The notes: generated by a model not told the origin, from the letters alone. Positions 38,845 through 53,181 are shown, counted from the whole stretch's first letter. The stretch: 63,715 nucleotides of DNA, filler included, from Bigelowiella natans CCMP2755 (GCA_000320545.1; 7 parts of 7 records of this genome joined end to end with filler, not necessarily neighbours in it), one strand, 5' to 3'. Numbers and translations are program-made.

Positions 38845-39404
38845 CATGTACATATGCTATTCATGTGACTTGCTCCATGTAGCATTTATCAAGCTGTTTA
38901 GTTGAGCTTTTATTCCTATGCGTCCGTAATCTCATTTAGTAATTATGTGTCCTGAATGTGCGTACGTGCCTTTTCGCGTAGCACATAGTATATCACGCGT
39001 ATTCCATTTGCTCCCAGCTACATTATCATGGATCATAGCGAGGTGCAGTGCTTTATATTATAGCGCTGCTTAGACATTATTATGCACTAGCTGTTACGTA
39101 GCCTAGCTAGCAGCTGGACGATGAAGTGCACATGCTGGCACATCTCATGTAGCTGTGATCTGCATCTTTTCTTTTTTCAATCACAGAATAAATGGACTAG
39201 TTTCATGGCGGTCTCTGCACGGTAGCGCATGCCCAAGCAACTAGTATACACACGCACTACCTTATGTTGCCTTTACCAGCCTATGAAACTACAATTTTCA
39301 CTTTGCACAGCATCTTGCTCATGAATATTTACTACGTTTTTCATTTACAATGAATGGACGAATCACTAACAGACAAAATCTGTGCTAAGCTAGCGTTATT
39401 ATAT

Positions 39405-41024
39405 CTATTTTCGAGCGAGAGGTGAATGACTTTTGGTTTCTGTGAGGTCCTTTTGCATCTGCCGCATCTGCTTTTCTTCTTCCAGATATGCCACGATTCT
39501 CTTCACCTTTTGAACTTCTTTAGTGAAGAACTTTCCATTTTTGTCCTTCTTTGCGAAGTCCAGCGCCGTCAGCCCCTCATGGTCTTTCATTTCCGTATCA
39601 CAGCCAGCAGACACCAGCATTTTGGCAATCTCAAAACTAGCTGCAAAATACCTATCAGCATAAATGCCAAAGTACGATGCGGACATGAGCGCGGTCAAAC
39701 CCTTGGATTCTTGGGCGTTTAGATCTGCTCGGTGCTGTATGAGCTGTTTTGCACAGTGATCTATTCCAAGACAGGAGGCAGAGATGAGAGGGGTCACTCC
39801 GGCGTCATTGCAGACATCGGGGTTTGCTTTGCTGGCGAGCAGTAGGTCAAAGATCTCCCCCTCGTGATGGTTGATCGCAGCGTGCAACGCCGTCTCTCCA
39901 GATTTGCCTGGCATGTTGAGATTTGCTTGTTGGGAGATCAGGAACTTTACCACCTCAATCTTCCCGTCAGCCAACCGCTTGGTCTCCACCTCCCCCATAT
40001 CTTCAGCAGGGCCGTCTATATGGTGCTATGCCTCTCAATGAATTTAGAAATGATGGGCTCGCCCTCGACGGCCTATGATCCTCTCCCTCATCTTGCTGCG
40101 TGGAGTGGTGAAGAGTTCTTTGAAATTCTGAAACTTCCGCGTGGAGCCTTCGAAGCAGTCGATCTCTAACAGATCCAACAGTTTATCGTCGCTCGGCAAC
40201 GACTCTCTCTCCAATGTCATCTGTGTCTCGTCCGCTAGAAATGCGGAGATTGCCTCTATCTCCTTGGTCTGCAGGGACTTCCTCGCCAGGTGTAGTGCAG
40301 TCAGCCCGTCCTTATTCTGGGGGGCTGTATCACAACCGGCACCTACGAGCATTTTGACGACTTCGAGGCTTGCCACAGAACGGGATCCTGGGTTCTCGTT
40401 TGAAAGATGCGCCGCACACATCAATGGCGTCCGGCCACAGACGTCCTGGACGTTCAGGTCCGCTTTGGCATCGATCAGCTCTTCTACAAATGAGGCGCGC
40501 CCGTTAGCAGATGCGAGTGTGAGCGCGGAAGCTCCCTTAGAATCGCAAATGTTTGGGTCCGCATCGCAATCGAGCAGAAGCGTCAAGTTATCTTCCCATC
40601 GGAGACAGGCCGCTGTGTGCAGGGCGGTCTTCCCGTCGTCCTTGCCCTGCTGATTGATGTCTGCTTTGCGAGAGATTAGGTACTCAACGATTTCGGAATT
40701 CAATTCTTCGTTGCAGTAGATCGGCTTTTGTAGTATTGTGAGAAGCGGCAGCCCATCATGACCTCCTTTGATGAATTCGAGCATCTCTGCGGTGTGGGTG
40801 GTGACTAGACGCTTAAATTCGTCAAAGTCTCCGTTAGGACTTAGCATCTTCAGAAGATCATTCTGGCTTGGCAATGCGGCGGCGGCGGCTGATCCACTCG
40901 CTCCAGTTCTTTGCCGTTTTGCCGTCTTGCTGCTGTGGTCCTCGCTTTGGCTATTATTATTATTATCATTATTATTGCTATTATCATTGTTAGAGCGGGG
41001 ATGTTTCCCGCCGGGTCGTTCCAT
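39405..41024 (-). CDS. Intronless ankyrin-repeat protein of two tandem modules, frame broken at ~40010-40110
   Basis: ORFs 40044-41198 (likely start MERPGG at 41024) and 39405-39998 carry parallel ankyrin repeats (GKTALHTAA/GETALHAAI, GRTPLMCAA/GLTALMSAS, KMLVGAGCDT/KMLVSAGCDT, GLTALHLA/GLTALDFA). Confidence 0.8.
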
Positions 41025-41531
41025 GCTGCCTGAGCTTGGTCGTTCGTTCAATAGTGGAGGGGGAGGAGGAGCAGGAAGAGTAGGATGCAGCAAGGGATTG
41101 GGAATTGGGGGGGGCGAACAGTGGCCGAGAATTCTGAGGATTTTTCTCAGAATGATACTCGTACCGCTTCTCGAAGTAATTTCAGTCTCAATTATCAAGT
41201 TATTTTTGCATTTTCTTCATTCTTTAATCTCTTTTTCTGGCTTTTACTAGATCTATGACATGCATTTCTTTGTCGCACATGATGTGCATCCGAGTGATCT
41301 GTTCTAGATCTTCATCGACACACGTTCGTGTCGTGTTGGAAAATCCAGATAAAAGAAAGGGAGCCGATGATGATGATCTGTGTTGGGATTTCTTCAGAAG
41401 AAAATGCATTTTGTCAACATCCCAGCCACAACACAAACAACAATAATAAGGGAGAGAGAGAGCTGGAATGTGCTAAAAAGCGCTTGGAGCCAGCGACCAG
41501 TCTCCTTCCGGCCCTGTTCTTCTGCACGGCG

Positions 41532-42101
41532 ATGATGCGTCGCGCGACGGGCTCTGCCCACCTCTCCTCCACGAACTGCGCGGCGACGCCGGTGGCGGCA
41601 GTGTTCTCCGCCCTCTCGACTCTGCGAGCCTCAGGCCCACGGAGGACTGCCTTGCTGCTGCGGAGGGGGATGTCCACCTCCGGCACTGACGCCGACGCCG
41701 AGGCTGTTCGGAGAGAGGTGCATCGACGCAAATAAACGCGCATCGATCGGATTTGCTCTAGTTCTCTTTGTCGCTCAAAAGCATGCGTCCATTCACTTGC
41801 CAGGGCTGATGCTGACCCCATTCGCCTCTCCCTTTTCTTCATCAGGCTGTGAAGCTCCCCGAGACCATTTCGAGTTTCATAGACGGAAGCTATCGTTCGG
41901 AAAATGAAGGGACGACGAAGAATCGACGGGCGCTGGTTGAGCTGACCGAGCACCATAGAATAAAGAAAGCGTGTCGCTATGAGGCGTGTGGTCGGCTTTT
42001 CCGTCTGTTTTTGCCGCTCTGCTCGTCCCCCCCCCCCCCCCCCTAGGCCCCGACTGAACACCGTGAAAACCAAAACCCTCCTCTGGGACTCGGCCTTTTG
42101 A
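41532..42101 (+). CDS. Small hypothetical protein with mitochondrial-presequence-like N-terminus, 3 exons
   Basis: MMRRATGSAHLSS..ALLLRRGMSTSG..VRRE/AVKLPETISSFIDGSY..HRIKKA/PRLNTVKTKTLLWDSAF* with in-phase GT-AG junctions. Confidence 0.5.
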
Positions 42102-42668
42102 GTATCATCATGAATGGAAAATTTCTATGGAATTATAGAAGAGCGATGTTCTCCTGTTTCCTTGTTCATCTTTCATGGGACCTGCAGAGCCAGTAAGTCT
42201 GTGCCGTTCGCCATCGTCGCGACAAAGCTTCCAGCTGAGTTAAGGCTGAATTTCCAAATTTGAGAACATACGCAGGCCATTCGACTACATGCGACTGAAA
42301 GAACCTGGAATATTCGAGTATTCATCTCTTTCCTTCCCTTTTGAGGTGATTTTTTTTCTCCGGTCACGTCGGTCATAATAAATCCCCAATGATGTGGGGG
42401 GGGGTGGAAGAGCGAACGAGTCGACACGGGCAGGCCTGCAACATCGTAGCTCGCTTATACCTGACCACCCCTCCTTGGCACACGCTGCATGGACAACGTG
42501 AGCACTTTTTCTATGTTCCTTTAAATCAAGCATATCCAATGAGAAACATTGGTTTCTAGGTTTTCATTCCAAATATACATCATTCCCGACCCCCCCTGTA
42601 CTAGGCTTCGATCCTGAGATCAAAGGTGACAACAACAAGAGGATTCCAGAGGGATTGTAAGGAGCTCA

Positions 42669-42768
42669 NNNNNNNNNNNNNNNNNNNNNNNNNNNNNNNN
42701 NNNNNNNNNNNNTTAATTAATTAANNNNNNNNNNNNNNNNNNNNNNNNNNNNNNNNNNNNNNNNNNNN
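42669..42768. other. Artificial assembly spacer
   Basis: N44-TTAATTAATTAA-N44. Confidence 0.98.
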
Positions 42769-42809
42769 CCCCCCCCCCCCCCCCCCTCTCTCTTTCTCTC
42801 TTTCTCGCT

Positions 42810-43372
42810 GTGCGTGCGCGCGCACGCGCGTGGCTCAGGCTGCCTACCCTGGCAAGAATGAAGATGCCAGAGATTATCTCTGTTGCACGCGACGAAGATT
42901 CTAATTCCCAGAAACAACTCTCATCACCCACATTTGGCGGAGGGCTCGCTGCTGTAGCAGCTGCAGCACCAATTGTAACAGGGATACCCGCACAGGCTCT
43001 TTCTGTTGGTGGACCCCTTTTCTACTTCTACCTTCAAACTTCTGGGTTATCACTACTAGCTAGATATAATCCATCAAATCATAACATTATGATGATACCG
43101 TATTTTTTGATGAAGGAGAGAGTGCCTAAATGATAATAACAAGCGCAACTATGGGTATGATTTGATTGGATACCAGGCTTTCTACATGCAAAAAGATAGC
43201 TGAAGATGGAACAACTGGAAGCTTTAGCCCTGCTCAGGTAGTACTTGCTAAGACTCAACATAACTACATTTATTTCGCTGACAAATGATATTTGGTTGGC
43301 AGTTCATTTCTCTTTATACCAACGGTACTGTATGGGTTGTGTATGGCCTCCTAGCACAGGTAAGATGATCAT

Positions 43373-43414
<42 letters not shown>

Positions 43415-44100
43415 ACTATTATCAAAGTTGATATTTTATCCCCTGCTGCATATTTGGAAGAGAACATTTTTATAATTTAAGGATATGACAGTGCTGGTGC
43501 CGAACTCCACGGCTGTATTGTTTGGTATATGTCTAATCCATAAGCTAATTTTTTTTGTTTAATATGATGAAGTCCCTTGCCAGCAGACAACTTGATGATA
43601 TGAATATTATTTACATACAGGCTTGTACTACACGTCTCAATTTGCGAAGTACCATAACGAGAGTATGATGAAGTACGTTAAGTTGCATTTTTGCATCTTG
43701 TAATTGAGTTAGGTCTTTTAACCGTTGTTCATTCTTGTTGTATCAATCACCTTTTACTTAGATGGTATGCTGGAAGTGCTGCTATTGTTGGGGGTACATG
43801 TGTTGCTGCTGCAACTATGCCAAATGCACTAGATGTTGTCGGAATGACAGGTAGTAGTATGATGATTCGTTTATTCATGAAAGTAAGCTATTGTGTGTGG
43901 GAAGTGTTGGAAATCCTGTTATGATGACTTGTGAGAAACCATGGAGGCTGTTCTTGGTTGGCATGAGTAGTTGATGTCTTATCACAAGGCTGCGTAATGG
44001 CTGTTATTCTTCTTTCTATGAGTAGTTGATGTCTTATTATCAGGCTGCGTAATGGCTGTTATTCTTCTTTCTTCCCCCCTGGCTGTAATGGGAAAGGGTA

Positions 44101-44134
<34 letters not shown>

Positions 44135-44145
44135 CCACTCTCTCT

Positions 44146-44190
<45 letters not shown>

Positions 44191-44868
44191 TGTTTTACAC
44201 AAGGGTGACACATAATGAACACATGAAATCATCATCCAAGACACGCACAAGGAGGACACATAATGAACAGATGAATGATATCATCATCCAAGCTCCTTAT
44301 TGATAAGGATGCATGTGTATGCACTGTATGCACTTTTTCAGTGATAAAAGAGAAAAGCACTGCAGCACTCCCCTTCGGAGCATCCCTTGCTGGATTCCTC
44401 AACGCTTCAACATGGTTTGGTAAGAGAGAAAGTCTAACTTTTATGAATGAAACATAGTTCTTCCAACTTATCCTCACATATTTTATTTCACATGGCGACA
44501 GCTTATGGCTCCTTGGTCGCCATGGATCCTTACATTTATGCCCCTAATGGAATGGGAATGGTAATAGTGTGATGGAGATCAGGGTGGTTGAGAATATCAC
44601 GGACTACCATTCGGAGATTTTCATCATCCCTCTTACTTTAATCCTTTTTCATAGGCTGCATGTGCTGTACAGCTGAGTCTTTTTGGAATCTATGGCTTTC
44701 CAAAAGTAAGCAGTACTTATTCAAAGAAAGAGGCCGACTTTGATGTAGCGTTTACTTAAAAATATGTTATATACATTTTAAAAGGAAGCAAAAGCAGAAA
44801 GTATTGAAACCCCCGAAACAGCAAAGGCTGAAGAAGCAACAGATGAGGATGTTAAGCCAAAGGCATAA
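42810..44868 (+). CDS. SWEET (MtN3/saliva) sugar transporter, multi-exon; start uncertain
   Basis: GTTGSFSPAQ/FISLYTNGTVWVVYGLL/DMTVLVPNS..; second repeat LLSSPLAVMGK/VIKEKSTAALPF..NASTW/YGSLVAMDPYIYAPNGMG/..VQLSLFGIYG. Confidence 0.92.
43963..44072 (+). repeat. 55-bp tandem duplication spanning a SWEET 3' splice site
   Basis: Units 43963-44017 and 44018-44072 are near identical (atgagtagttgatgtcttat..aggctgcgtaatggctgttattcttctttct). Confidence 0.92.
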
Positions 44869-45032
44869 GTTCGAAAATACACACAACAGCAAATCTTAGG
44901 AATCTTTTCTAATGGAATCTTATCAATGCTAAACATTCAATCTCTTGGTTCCTGTTTGATTTACAGCATGTGAAATCATGTACGTCGACAAGTTATTACA
45001 CAGTGCGATAACGGACATAAGGAGAAGCTAGA

Positions 45033-45066
45033 GACGACACTTTGCGCCTGACGACACTTTGCGCCT
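45033..45066 (+). repeat. 17-bp tandem duplication
   Basis: gacgacactttgcgcct x2. Confidence 0.9.
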
Positions 45067-45816
45067 CAATGTATGTTTAGCTGCGCATTAAATATATTTA
45101 CATTTGGCGCGAACATCCATTTGCATACGATTTATCTGTAATTATTTATATGTATCCAACTCGTCTAACCCTAAGACGAAACATGCTATAGCTAGAGCAA
45201 GCATTTCACATACAAAGTAAGCTGCGCTGGGCCCTAAAGTACATGAGGCTGGTAGCATATTACAAAGTACCGGATTGAGTAATGTTGTGAGTTTTATCAC
45301 ATTGTAGGGCAGCAGAAAATTTTATTGTCGTTTCGCGAGCATAAATTATGTAACTAGATCGCGGCACATCACAACATCATCATTACCAGGGAATTATTAC
45401 ATTGCCCCTGAATATTATCATGGAAGATATTTAAGGCACGCAATAAAGGCATAATGCAACAATTTGGATGATCATATTATTAAGAAATAACATATAATTA
45501 CCATCAAGAGTCACATTATTACTTTTCTGGAGCATTGTGCCGTCATTTGATCGTGAATCATAAGGTGACAAATAGTATTTAATTTATTTTTAATTTCGAT
45601 GATGATAATTTCGATGATGTAAGCAACTCAATGCCTATGCCGAGTGTGATGCTATCAGATAAAGAAACAATAAATGTGCTCACTTCCACGTCCAACCAAA
45701 CACGTAGAGTTACCAGTAAACGAAAGGATTGTTTTTTTGGATTTATTAGGGACGAGCGCATGAGCAGGTAGTTCAGCTACAATTTACACACTGAATCTGA
45801 GCTTCTGCTTACAATA

Positions 45817-46819
45817 TCATCGACTCTCAGAAGATTCTTGCTCTCCAACTAAATCTATTTTAACTAACAAATTGTCAATAGCGACATTTTGGCTACATTC
45901 TTTATCATTGCTGTCATTTCCAATAGAAAGATGATCTTGGAAGTGCCACCAGACCAAATCAGCGTCCACACAACCGACAGCTACCAGCACTTGATGTGCT
46001 AATAAAGCCACCAATCAAAATTAGCATCCAGTAGGAAACTAGCTAATCACATTACTATACATATTGTTATATTATTCAATGAATTATAAAGAAATGAGGA
46101 GGTTAGATTTTCCAAGTCCAAGGGTTAATTCTACATTCATAAAACATCAAATACAGCTATGGTAGCAACCTGCATCGGAAATCTCTCTCGGTAATTTTGA
46201 TAATGCTGTCGATGACGACGGTAATGTTCTCGTCCCAACAATATACGTCGCCACTGTTTCTAAAATATCAGGAAGCACTCTCACAGCCAATTCAGGCGCG
46301 TGCAGCACCAGCATCTCCAACGCATTTAAGATAGCCATTTGGATCTTGAAATCTAGAAGCAATTATCAAAAAAAAGGAACAATGATTCTAAAGTTGGATT
46401 ATGACGATCCAGTTGAAATAAGAGAAAATTAAGAATAAACAAGAGGAAAGCAAAGATATTCTAGATATTGAAAGCTATGATGATAATGATGATGATGATG
46501 ATGATGATGATGATAATGAGAATCTCTGTTACTACCTACCTATATCATGTTGCTGCTCCCTTTTTTGTCGTAACGTGATGGTTGCAGAGGATAGATTCAA
46601 AGCGGAACTGTTGAGAGATGATTTCATCCTCAAATTTCCCTGGCTATAAAGGAGTAATTTTCTCAACCCTGAAGGGTATCATGTGTGAGAAGTGAGTTCA
46701 TTGTATTGTATTACTGGCAAGTGCAGTCGGTGGGCAAGAATGTATTGCACTACAAGTTAAAATATTAGCAAAAATAACGAATACCGTGACGCTATCTTGG
46801 TTGGATTATTATGTTATGT

Positions 46820-46869
<50 letters not shown>

Positions 46870-46912
46870 TGTACGTAATTACTCAACATTATTCCATACT
46901 TTACTGAACATG

Positions 46913-46959
<47 letters not shown>

Positions 46960-47701
46960 TACCCGGCCAAACATGCTCGGCAAATCGTTGTGTTAGAAAA
47001 GCTGGGCAAAGTTTTCCGAGAGTCTCTAAAACTTTTAGTGCGCTTTCCAATATTCTCACCTGAAATACATATTCAATAGCTCAATCGGGTACAGAAAAAA
47101 TCTTTCTCAATATTATGGCCTGTACATTGGCAAGAAGAGCATGGTCTGGATGATCACGATGATCATTATGAGACCAGTTGAGATTATGATGATGACGTTT
47201 AGTGATTGATATGTTCTCGTTAAAATTGAAGGTATAGTGAGGTCTGAGAGAGTCCCATGTTTGCGCAACCTGTTGAAAGAGATGGAAAATTGGATTTCTT
47301 TTTTCCATAAAGTCATTAGCTCATGTTAAAAACACTATTTCTTTTACCTTCTCTCATCTAATAGAATTGAATCATTTTTTTAAGAGAAACATTAATATTT
47401 TTCACGTTGCATTTGCTACGTTGTGAGTCGAATGAAATAATAATTGTTATGTTAAAGTATACAATTGGAAGGAGATGCCTTTCCTCGTTCTTCAGCGCCA
47501 TAAGGCCATTGTTTAATATTGAAAATGCCAATTGTATCTAGTAATTATGAAAACAAATCAGACATTCACTACATCTAATTAAAAACGCGCTGATAAATTC
47601 ACTATATATATTAATGCTTCCTCCTCTTTCTTGTTCTTTTCCCTCCCCTATATAATTCCTTTCCTTTCCTTTCAATTAGAGGCACGCATGTGTCTGTTTT
47701 A

Positions 47702-47765
<64 letters not shown>

Positions 47766-50699
47766 CGGTGGTAAGACCATTTGTTTGTTATCTGTGTTGG
47801 CAAGGAACGATCTGGAGACTTTCAAAATTTGTAATATTATATTAGTTGTGGGAGAAGGCTCTTTAGTCTCCTCCTCCTCTTCTCTCTGCAATTCCTCTTT
47901 ACCTACGAAAAGGATGATGTACTGGTTACAAATTCATATTATCTTATCTCCACGACATTTCCCAACAATACAATGTTTCCCCCTGTACCATTTCTCTTGT
48001 TTCTTGATCATTCATGAAATATCTTTTTTTCCACTTATTTTCGGCTATTACTGCTGGTGTTCTATTACTCTACTACGACTGCTACTTCTAATTATGAGAT
48101 GATTTTCAACAGCATGATATATGTGGCCTCATTTCAATATAAAAATCAATTCGCCTACTTTCTTTGATTTGTTGCTTCTGGTGTCGTTTTTCCTCAACTC
48201 TTTCCATGTGGAATAGATGACGTCGTTCATCCATGGATAACCCAGGAGATGCCCATGAGTGCTTATTATTTGCTTTTAAGTCTTCATTATCAAGATCCTC
48301 AATTTGATTCTCTTTCTTATCCTCATCTTCATCTGACAATCTAAAATCATCTTCTTCTAGATGCTTTAAATCTCTCTCTGCCTCAGCGTACTGCGCTAGC
48401 CTGTTTAACACCATTTCGTTGCATAGGATTCTTGTAACTTTGCTGGTATCTATCAAGGAGGGGAAGAAGGAGGAGAAGGTAAGGAGAGCCTATAAACACA
48501 ATTTGATATATCATAGAACTACTTATTACCGGTAGTATCATTTTCGTAGTTGGTTTCTTTGCCGTCATTCTTGGAATCATTTCCATTATATGCTCTCCCT
48601 TTGCCTTCTTTCCCCCCTCTAATCCTTCTAGAATTTGCTACAGCCTTTGCGACTCCTTCAAGCACTTTCAGATAACCAACTACTGTATTATCATCACTCT
48701 TCCTTGCCCCACTTATTGAATCGTGATTTAAGTTGCTACTGTGGTCTTGCCACAATGCTGCATCTGCCATGACTGTGAGACCACTGGTTACACTGCGGAG
48801 AGTATCAGTAAGGAGTACGACGATAAGTTGCTCTTGCTGCTGCTGCTGATACAGAAGAAACCGCCGTCTTTGTGTGGTCAATGATGAAGAAGAAGGAGAT
48901 GAAGAGAAAGAGGTGGATGCTGCGAGAAGAAGGCCATGAATTGCTGCTATTGCTGCTGGGGATCCAGGAGATTCACGTAAACGAGCTGATACCTAAGGAA
49001 GAATGGGATAAGTTATGCAAGTAAGTTAAAATCGCAAATGATCGATGATGCTGATGAAGATAGAAGGATGGCAGGCAATTGTTGTGGTCGTTGTTGTAGT
49101 AGTAGTATAGTAGTAGTAGGAGTAGCAAGAAGAGAGCAGCAGTCGTGGCAATAGAAAATAGTAGTTATGGATTTCCATCACTAATTAGCTAAATATTCAG
49201 AAGTACACTCTCAATGATGTAGTCGCTATTTTTCAGGAGCATATCCGTGACGTGGTAGTAGTTGTAGGAGGAGGAATGGTGGAGATGATGAATATGATCA
49301 TCACATCCCTCTGCTTCTTCTTCTTCTTTTTCTTCCCTTTCTGTTTTTTCCACGCTGTTCTGGTCTTTACATATTGCTATTTCTTTTATTCCATATCCAC
49401 AAGTGTCGGATATCGATGCGAGAGAGGCTCGCGCCGCTTGGCTAATTAGGAGGGCTGAAGAGCCAGCACCTTCCAACAGAGGGAATAGCGTTTCCATCAG
49501 ACGTAATTTGAAACTTCTACTACCGACGCTCAGAGCACATTCTCGGATTCCTGGTACATTAAATCATTATTATTATAATCAAGAAGCAGGCGTAGTGTGG
49601 AATAGTTGATGACTCCGCTGTTGCTTAAACCCCTCCCCTTCACTCTTTTTCATTTTGTTTCCTCACTCACACTTTCCTCCTCGAACCAGAAAATCAAGCA
49701 ATGTGTCAAAAATTGATAATTAAAAAAATGGTGGGGACGATGCTGATATATTTATACTACATACATAATACACTCATATTCTTGTACTCAACAAGTGGTA
49801 TTACATTTCTACCTACTGACTACCTTTGCTTAACATAGCTCCAAATATCTCCAATCTCCTGATTTCGATAAAAGTAAGCCTTTCCTTTTCTTTGTTATTA
49901 CTGGTTTGACTATTGTCATTTCTTGTAATAGCAAGCGTTCTTGACAATAGCACTAACCACCGTGATAGCACGATATCCATGATGATCTCAATTTGCTGCT
50001 GTTGACTTGAAGAAGAAGAAGAAGAAGATACATCGCTGCTGGATTTGCAGTAGCTACTGTTTCTGCTGCTGCTGCATTTGAATAAACTGATTCCTGCTTC
50101 TCCCTTCTTTTCATCTACCTTCTCCTCTCCTTTCTCCTTTTTTCGCATCTCCACGGGGGGCGTTGTGATCATTTTATTTACATCAGTGGCCGCTCCGAGT
50201 AGCAGCTGACTTGTTAATAAAACAGCCTCCAAGTGAACGGGTAAATAACTACGAAGAAGCTTACCGCTTTGGAGAGCAGGAGTAGAAACAGTAGTAGAAG
50301 TCACTAACGATGATGAATAGTAACTACTACTGTCGCTATCAGGAATAATAGGCAAGTAGCGCTCTAGAATGGCCTCAATGAGCCTCCTCAAGTAGTTCAA
50401 TCCGCATGCTGCTCCTATTGATCTCAGAAGATGAATAATGGACTGTCTTGCTGCATCGCCACGTGCATGACGGAAGCTTAGGAAAGTTGTAATAACATTT
50501 AATTAGTAACACTAGTAGTAACAAGAATAAGCGACAAATAACAAAAGCACGATAAAACTTCCTCCTCGCCCCCGCTCTTTTATGCATGTATAAATCTAAG
50601 TATATATATATGAATATATACATATATATTTGATGTACATATATATGTATATGCATTTAAGAAAAAGAATGAAAAATATTATACACACACACATATATG

Positions 50700-50777
<78 letters not shown>

Positions 50778-50964
50778 TAACGTTGATATGGTCATTAACA
50801 TGTTTGCTTATTATTGCGCAAACGCATGACACACATACACACACACACACACACCTGAGTTGGAAGTCATACAAATCAGTCTCAGAGTTGTCATAGAATC
50901 GATCGTCTTCTGTATCATTTCCATTTACAACAAAAAAATGTAAAACTCCATCATCAACATCATT

Positions 50965-50999
<35 letters not shown>

Positions 51000-51443
51000 A
51001 AGGCTTGAAAAACGAAAAGAAGGAAGAAGGTAAAGAAAAGTATACAGTGTGGTTGTTCATTCATCCATTCACATTGATTTTCATTCATACGAGGGTGTCG
51101 TTGTCTTCGTCGTCTTTCGACAACAAATGCATCTTCAATATCGATCTGAGATTTTATATAATCATCAATGAGAAGGTTACCTCACGAGGAGACGAAAATT
51201 AGTACAATGGTGGTAAAGTTGAAATCTCGTTGGAGGGGAAAGAGGAAGTGTATCTCTGCCTACTTATTCTTATTCTTCTTTAATTTATATGTTTATTGTT
51301 AGGTGGTTATTGTGGATCTCCATACAATACGATATGCGATATACTACCAACAAGTGTTATTATTATTATTGTAGTAGTACAACATGCAGTAGTACAACAG
51401 CAACAACTACTACTACTACTATTACTAATGCTACATGAAAAAG

Positions 51444-51474
<31 letters not shown>

Positions 51475-51638
51475 TTACTACTGACGATACTATCTACCTC
51501 GATCGAACGCACAATCCCTGGGATATATGTATTAAAACCGGCATTTATTGCTATTCCTAGCTGTGGTTTGAGGTATTTCTGGAATAAATTCACGTATCCT
51601 TGTACGGTACGTATTGCCTGTAGCCGCGCTCCTAACCG

Positions 51639-51678
<40 letters not shown>

Positions 51679-52171
51679 GACCACGTTGATGTTAAAGAAG
51701 GGAAAATAAGGAGAATGGTGCTGATGTTGATGGTGATAGATTGATGATTATCATGATGATGCAAGTGAGAAGTGGATGCTAGTAGATTGATCACTATCAT
51801 GATGATGCCAGTGAGAAGTGGGGGGAAGGAGGAGAGAAGAAGAAAATATCTTTAACAACAATAGTAGCAGAAGATACTAAATTCGACACAAATAATATTT
51901 CACTAACAACACAACAATCACCAGGTGAAAGCGACGATCTCAAAACTCGAGGAAGAGCTCTAAGGGCCTTTCTTAGACTTTGTGACAATGCATCGTTTAC
52001 CAGATGATGATGATCATGGTGATCTCGATCACTTTCCTGCACAATAAGAATTGTATTCATGAGTAACGTAGTTCATCAAGCACGCAACGAAACACATAAT
52101 AATACCTCGACCAGCTATTGCAATAATGTTTTGTCGTCGTCGTAAATTAATAAATGTGGTGAGAGCAAAGA

Positions 52172-52202
<31 letters not shown>

Positions 52203-52760
52203 AGAAGAGAAAGGAAAATAGGTCTAGAGGCTTTTTCCCTTACTTTGCAATGAGGAGGTAAGGGAGGAGGATTGAAAGAAGCAGAGAAGAGTTCATGTAT
52301 GTGCTTTGCTGCGGCCTTCTGTAAGTTGTTTTCGTCGTCGTCATCATCGTCAAAATAGGCGACAACACGTTCCACTCCTTGCAGGGAAGAAGAAGAAGAA
52401 GAAGAAGAAGAAGAAGAAGAAGCAAAAAAAGAAGAGGAAAATTTCCCATGAGCGGCATCGTTTTCTTCTTTGGCAGAATTTTGTTTTTCTCTCCTCCTCC
52501 TCCTCCTCCTCTTCCTTTCTTGCTTATTCTCCGTCGGGGTGGGAAATAGATCTCGGGATGCAGACACAAACGCCAAGAAGTCAATCATTGTACTGAGGCT
52601 CTCGGACAGCGCATTGCTTACAATAATAATACCAATAACAACCAGGAAGTAGGACGACGTATAACAGAAGGAAGACAGAATTAATCAATATCGGTGGAGA
52701 ATTTGCATTATCTTCTTCCCTCTTTCCTCTTCCTCGTGTAGGTGAGTAATTTACAGCACC

Positions 52761-52807
<47 letters not shown>

Positions 52808-53110
52808 TACACGCTGTTTAGTGGTCTGTAGTAGTAGTAGTAGTAGTAGTAGTAGTTGTAGGTACTGAATGGAAACACTCCCTTTTCCTATATAGAGAGA
52901 CTTGGAAATCTAGCAAGGAAGAAAATTCCAATGATGCAGGGAGGCTACATGCAAGGGGGGGGGGGGATCACAATACTTACAACTATTTCAAAGTATGATT
53001 CTACCCTCTTGTTTCTTCTCCTCCCTGTCTTTTTTGCCGTCGGAACTGTCCTCTCCCTCCTCCCCGTCCTCATCATCCTCCTCCTCAATATCATCGTTCT
53101 CGCATTCCTC
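45817..53110 (-). CDS. TTI1: TELO2-interacting protein 1 homolog (TTT complex), multi-exon, HEAT-like
   Basis: LMETLFPLLEGAGSSALLISQAARASLASISDTCGY..MLLKNSDYIIESVLLN matches the conserved TTI1 block. C-terminal DFKIQMAILNAL and VDADLVWWH. Both ends are uncertain. Confidence 0.8.
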
Positions 53111-53181
53111 CTGTTTGTGAATGAGTCAATCGATGTGTGTGTGTGTGTCTGTGTGTGTGTTGTGTTTGTGTGTTTCTGTGT

